DNA from: Trichoplax adhaerens
Taxonomy: Eukaryota > Animalia > Placozoa
NCBI RefSeq assembly: GCF_000150275.1
Contig: NW_002060949.1
Coordinates: 5,685,535-5,749,534 of the forward strand
Direction of reading: 5' to 3'
DNA: 64,000 nt
Numbering within the stretch: the stretch's first letter is position 1; each line of letters starts with the position of its first letter. A program made the position numbers and the translations under genes. The notes below the pieces were generated by a model. It did no database searches. It was not told the DNA's origin and saw only the letters and a list, made by a program, of their open reading frames with translations. Shown in pieces: positions 54,357-64,000 of the stretch.

Positions 54357-55037
54357 AACAAACACACTTAATATTGAAGTTTCTCCGTTTGATTACGGTT
54401 CTTCTAGGGACTTTGAAGACTACAATTAGTCATACAAGTCTCTGGTTCTACCTAGTTCTACCATACTATGGACTACTAAAACAAGATCTTTTTCTGGTAG
54501 TCCATGATCGTATGCACTCATGGCTCACTGTACTTTATATTGTGCAGTTTAGTAAATAAACAAAAATGCGCTTGTGTGCTACTTGAAATTCAATTCAATT
54601 CTTTTATCCCAACGTAGTTGCAGTGATCGCTGATAGACGATAGTGGTCTCTTATCCACATGAATCTACTGGATATTGGTGCAGCAATAATAATAATTCTA
54701 ATTTAGGAGTAGAATCAAATTCATGATTTTACTGTACTGTGCCATTGTGTCATGGACTACGAGAAGAAAACTAGGTTGTTTTCATGTAGTCCATGGTGCC
54801 ATGCCTAATGATGCATGGCACTCCGTTGTACAATATTAAGATCTTTTCCTCATCCTGTGTCTGTACAGTACTGCCTAAAGTAGAAAACCAACTCGCCATG
54901 ATCATTGCGAGTACTAACTACAGTATAACTGGATCACCAAGGATTTTTGTCATGCTGTACAGTGTACAGTACTCAAGTCTGTGATCTTAACTCTTGAGAT
55001 CGGAGATTTGAATACAGCATGACTCTGATTGTTAGCT

Positions 55038-55066
55038 CCCCCCCCCCCCCCCCCCCAAAAAAAAAA
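55038..55066. repeat. C19-A10 homopolymer tract
   Basis: Read directly from the sequence. Confidence 0.9.
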
Positions 55067-55385
55067 TGAATGTAGCTCTACTGCAGTCTAGTTTTTCGGT
55101 CGCAATCAGCCGTTTTCTTCTCCAGGAAATCGTTACGATATGAATCTGAGGGTTGTTCCAGTTGTGACATTGCATAGAGGTTAAAGAAAGTTTTTCCGAC
55201 CGGATCTGATCCATTGTTTTTACCTCGATTGGTTACATTGTAGCAACATGGTAGGAAAATGGCGTAAACCAGACAGCTGACAACTGCCAAAGCGCTTATC
55301 GAGTTGTGCCAAGACTCAACACAACAATTAGCTAGACACGATGAGCAAACATACAGTACAGTACAACAAACTGCACCCCGGAGTG

Positions 55386-55890
55386 AAAGCCTTTTGCTGT
55401 TACTGACTGCGACACCCCCGGTCCCCGGTAGACACTGGTACATTACTACACACTTTCGACCACCGTGTCAAGTGGCCATGGTCTACACAGGCTATAGACG
55501 GCATACAAAACAATACTGGGTTAACCCCCCCCCCAAATACATTACCCTACGAAAGCCTTTTGCTCTACTGACTACGACACCCCCCGGTAGACACTGGTAC
55601 ATTACTACACTCCAAGGTCGGACTGCGTTTTGACCACCGTGTCAAGTGGCCATGGTCCACACAGGCTATAGATGGCATACAAAACAATACTGGATTAACC
55701 CCCCCCCCCAAATACATTACCCTACCAAAGCCTTTTGCTCTACTGACTACGACACCCCCCGGTAGACACTGGTACATTACTACACTCCAAGGTTGGACTG
55801 CGTTTTGACCACCGTGTCAAGTGGCCATGGTCCACACAGGCTATAGATGGCATACAAAACAATACTGGATTAACCCCCCCCCCCCAAATA
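55386..55890. repeat. Tandem repeat, 3 near-identical ~165-175 bp GC-rich units
   Basis: Units start at 55386, 55552 and 55727 (AAAGCCTTTTGCT...CCGGTAGACACTGGTACATTACTACAC...GACCACCGTGTCAAGTGGCCATGGTC...TTAAC(n)AAATA). Confidence 0.95.
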
Positions 55891-56148
55891 TATGACCGTC
55901 CATTACCGTATTACTGTATCGCAGTGAAAATCAAAAATCACCAAGAATTACGGACGTAGTTTACTCCAGCTGGCATTGTCGACGATAGTGTCCATAGCAA
56001 TCGTTTGGAGGATTAATCAACAAATTTAGAAAGTATCGTGTTGTTGTTGTTCTTGCTGGTGGAAAATCACTTAAACAAACTTTTAAGTGTCATTTCTCAT
56101 TGCAATATTGGTTGATTTGCAAAGCTTGATTCATTGAGCTAAGAGAGA

Positions 56149-64000
<7,852 letters not shown>

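Noticed and set aside
8120-55777. Many 60-136 aa ORFs rich in TVQYS/YCTVL (e.g. 8120, 21309, 21341, 28255, 33949, 34143, 46417, 54121) and ORFs across the 55.4-kb repeat
   Set aside because: They are translations of pentamer arrays or tandem repeats, with no splice or homology support.

Overview
AT-rich, gene-dense eukaryotic DNA with many short GT-AG introns. The style and gene content suggest an early-branching animal, most likely a placozoan such as Trichoplax (inference, not verified). The ORF track shows only exon fragments, so gene models were assembled by hand from splice sites and reading frames. In order: PAS kinase (-), two tandem PAF-acetylhydrolase paralogs (-), RPL30 (+), epsilon-tubulin (-) head-to-head with RITA1 (+), a USPL1-like protein that has the N-terminal Cys domain but no peptidase domain (-), a PAG1/Cbp-like tyrosine-motif transmembrane adaptor split by a 1-nt frameshift (-), TCP1/CCT1 (+), ERGIC3 (+), an NSE3/MAGE gene with an intronless CDS (-), and an ASAP-type ArfGAP running off the right edge (+). 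The main non-coding observations are: CAGTA/TACTG pentamer arrays at nearly every promoter, a dispersed CATGGACTAC...GTAGTCCATG mini inverted repeat, a nested ~415-bp foldback element abutting a start codon, two long-unit tandem repeats, TCT/TISU/X-box motifs, and candidate H/ACA snoRNAs in an RPL30 intron. No tRNA, rRNA, CRISPR array or transposase was recognised.
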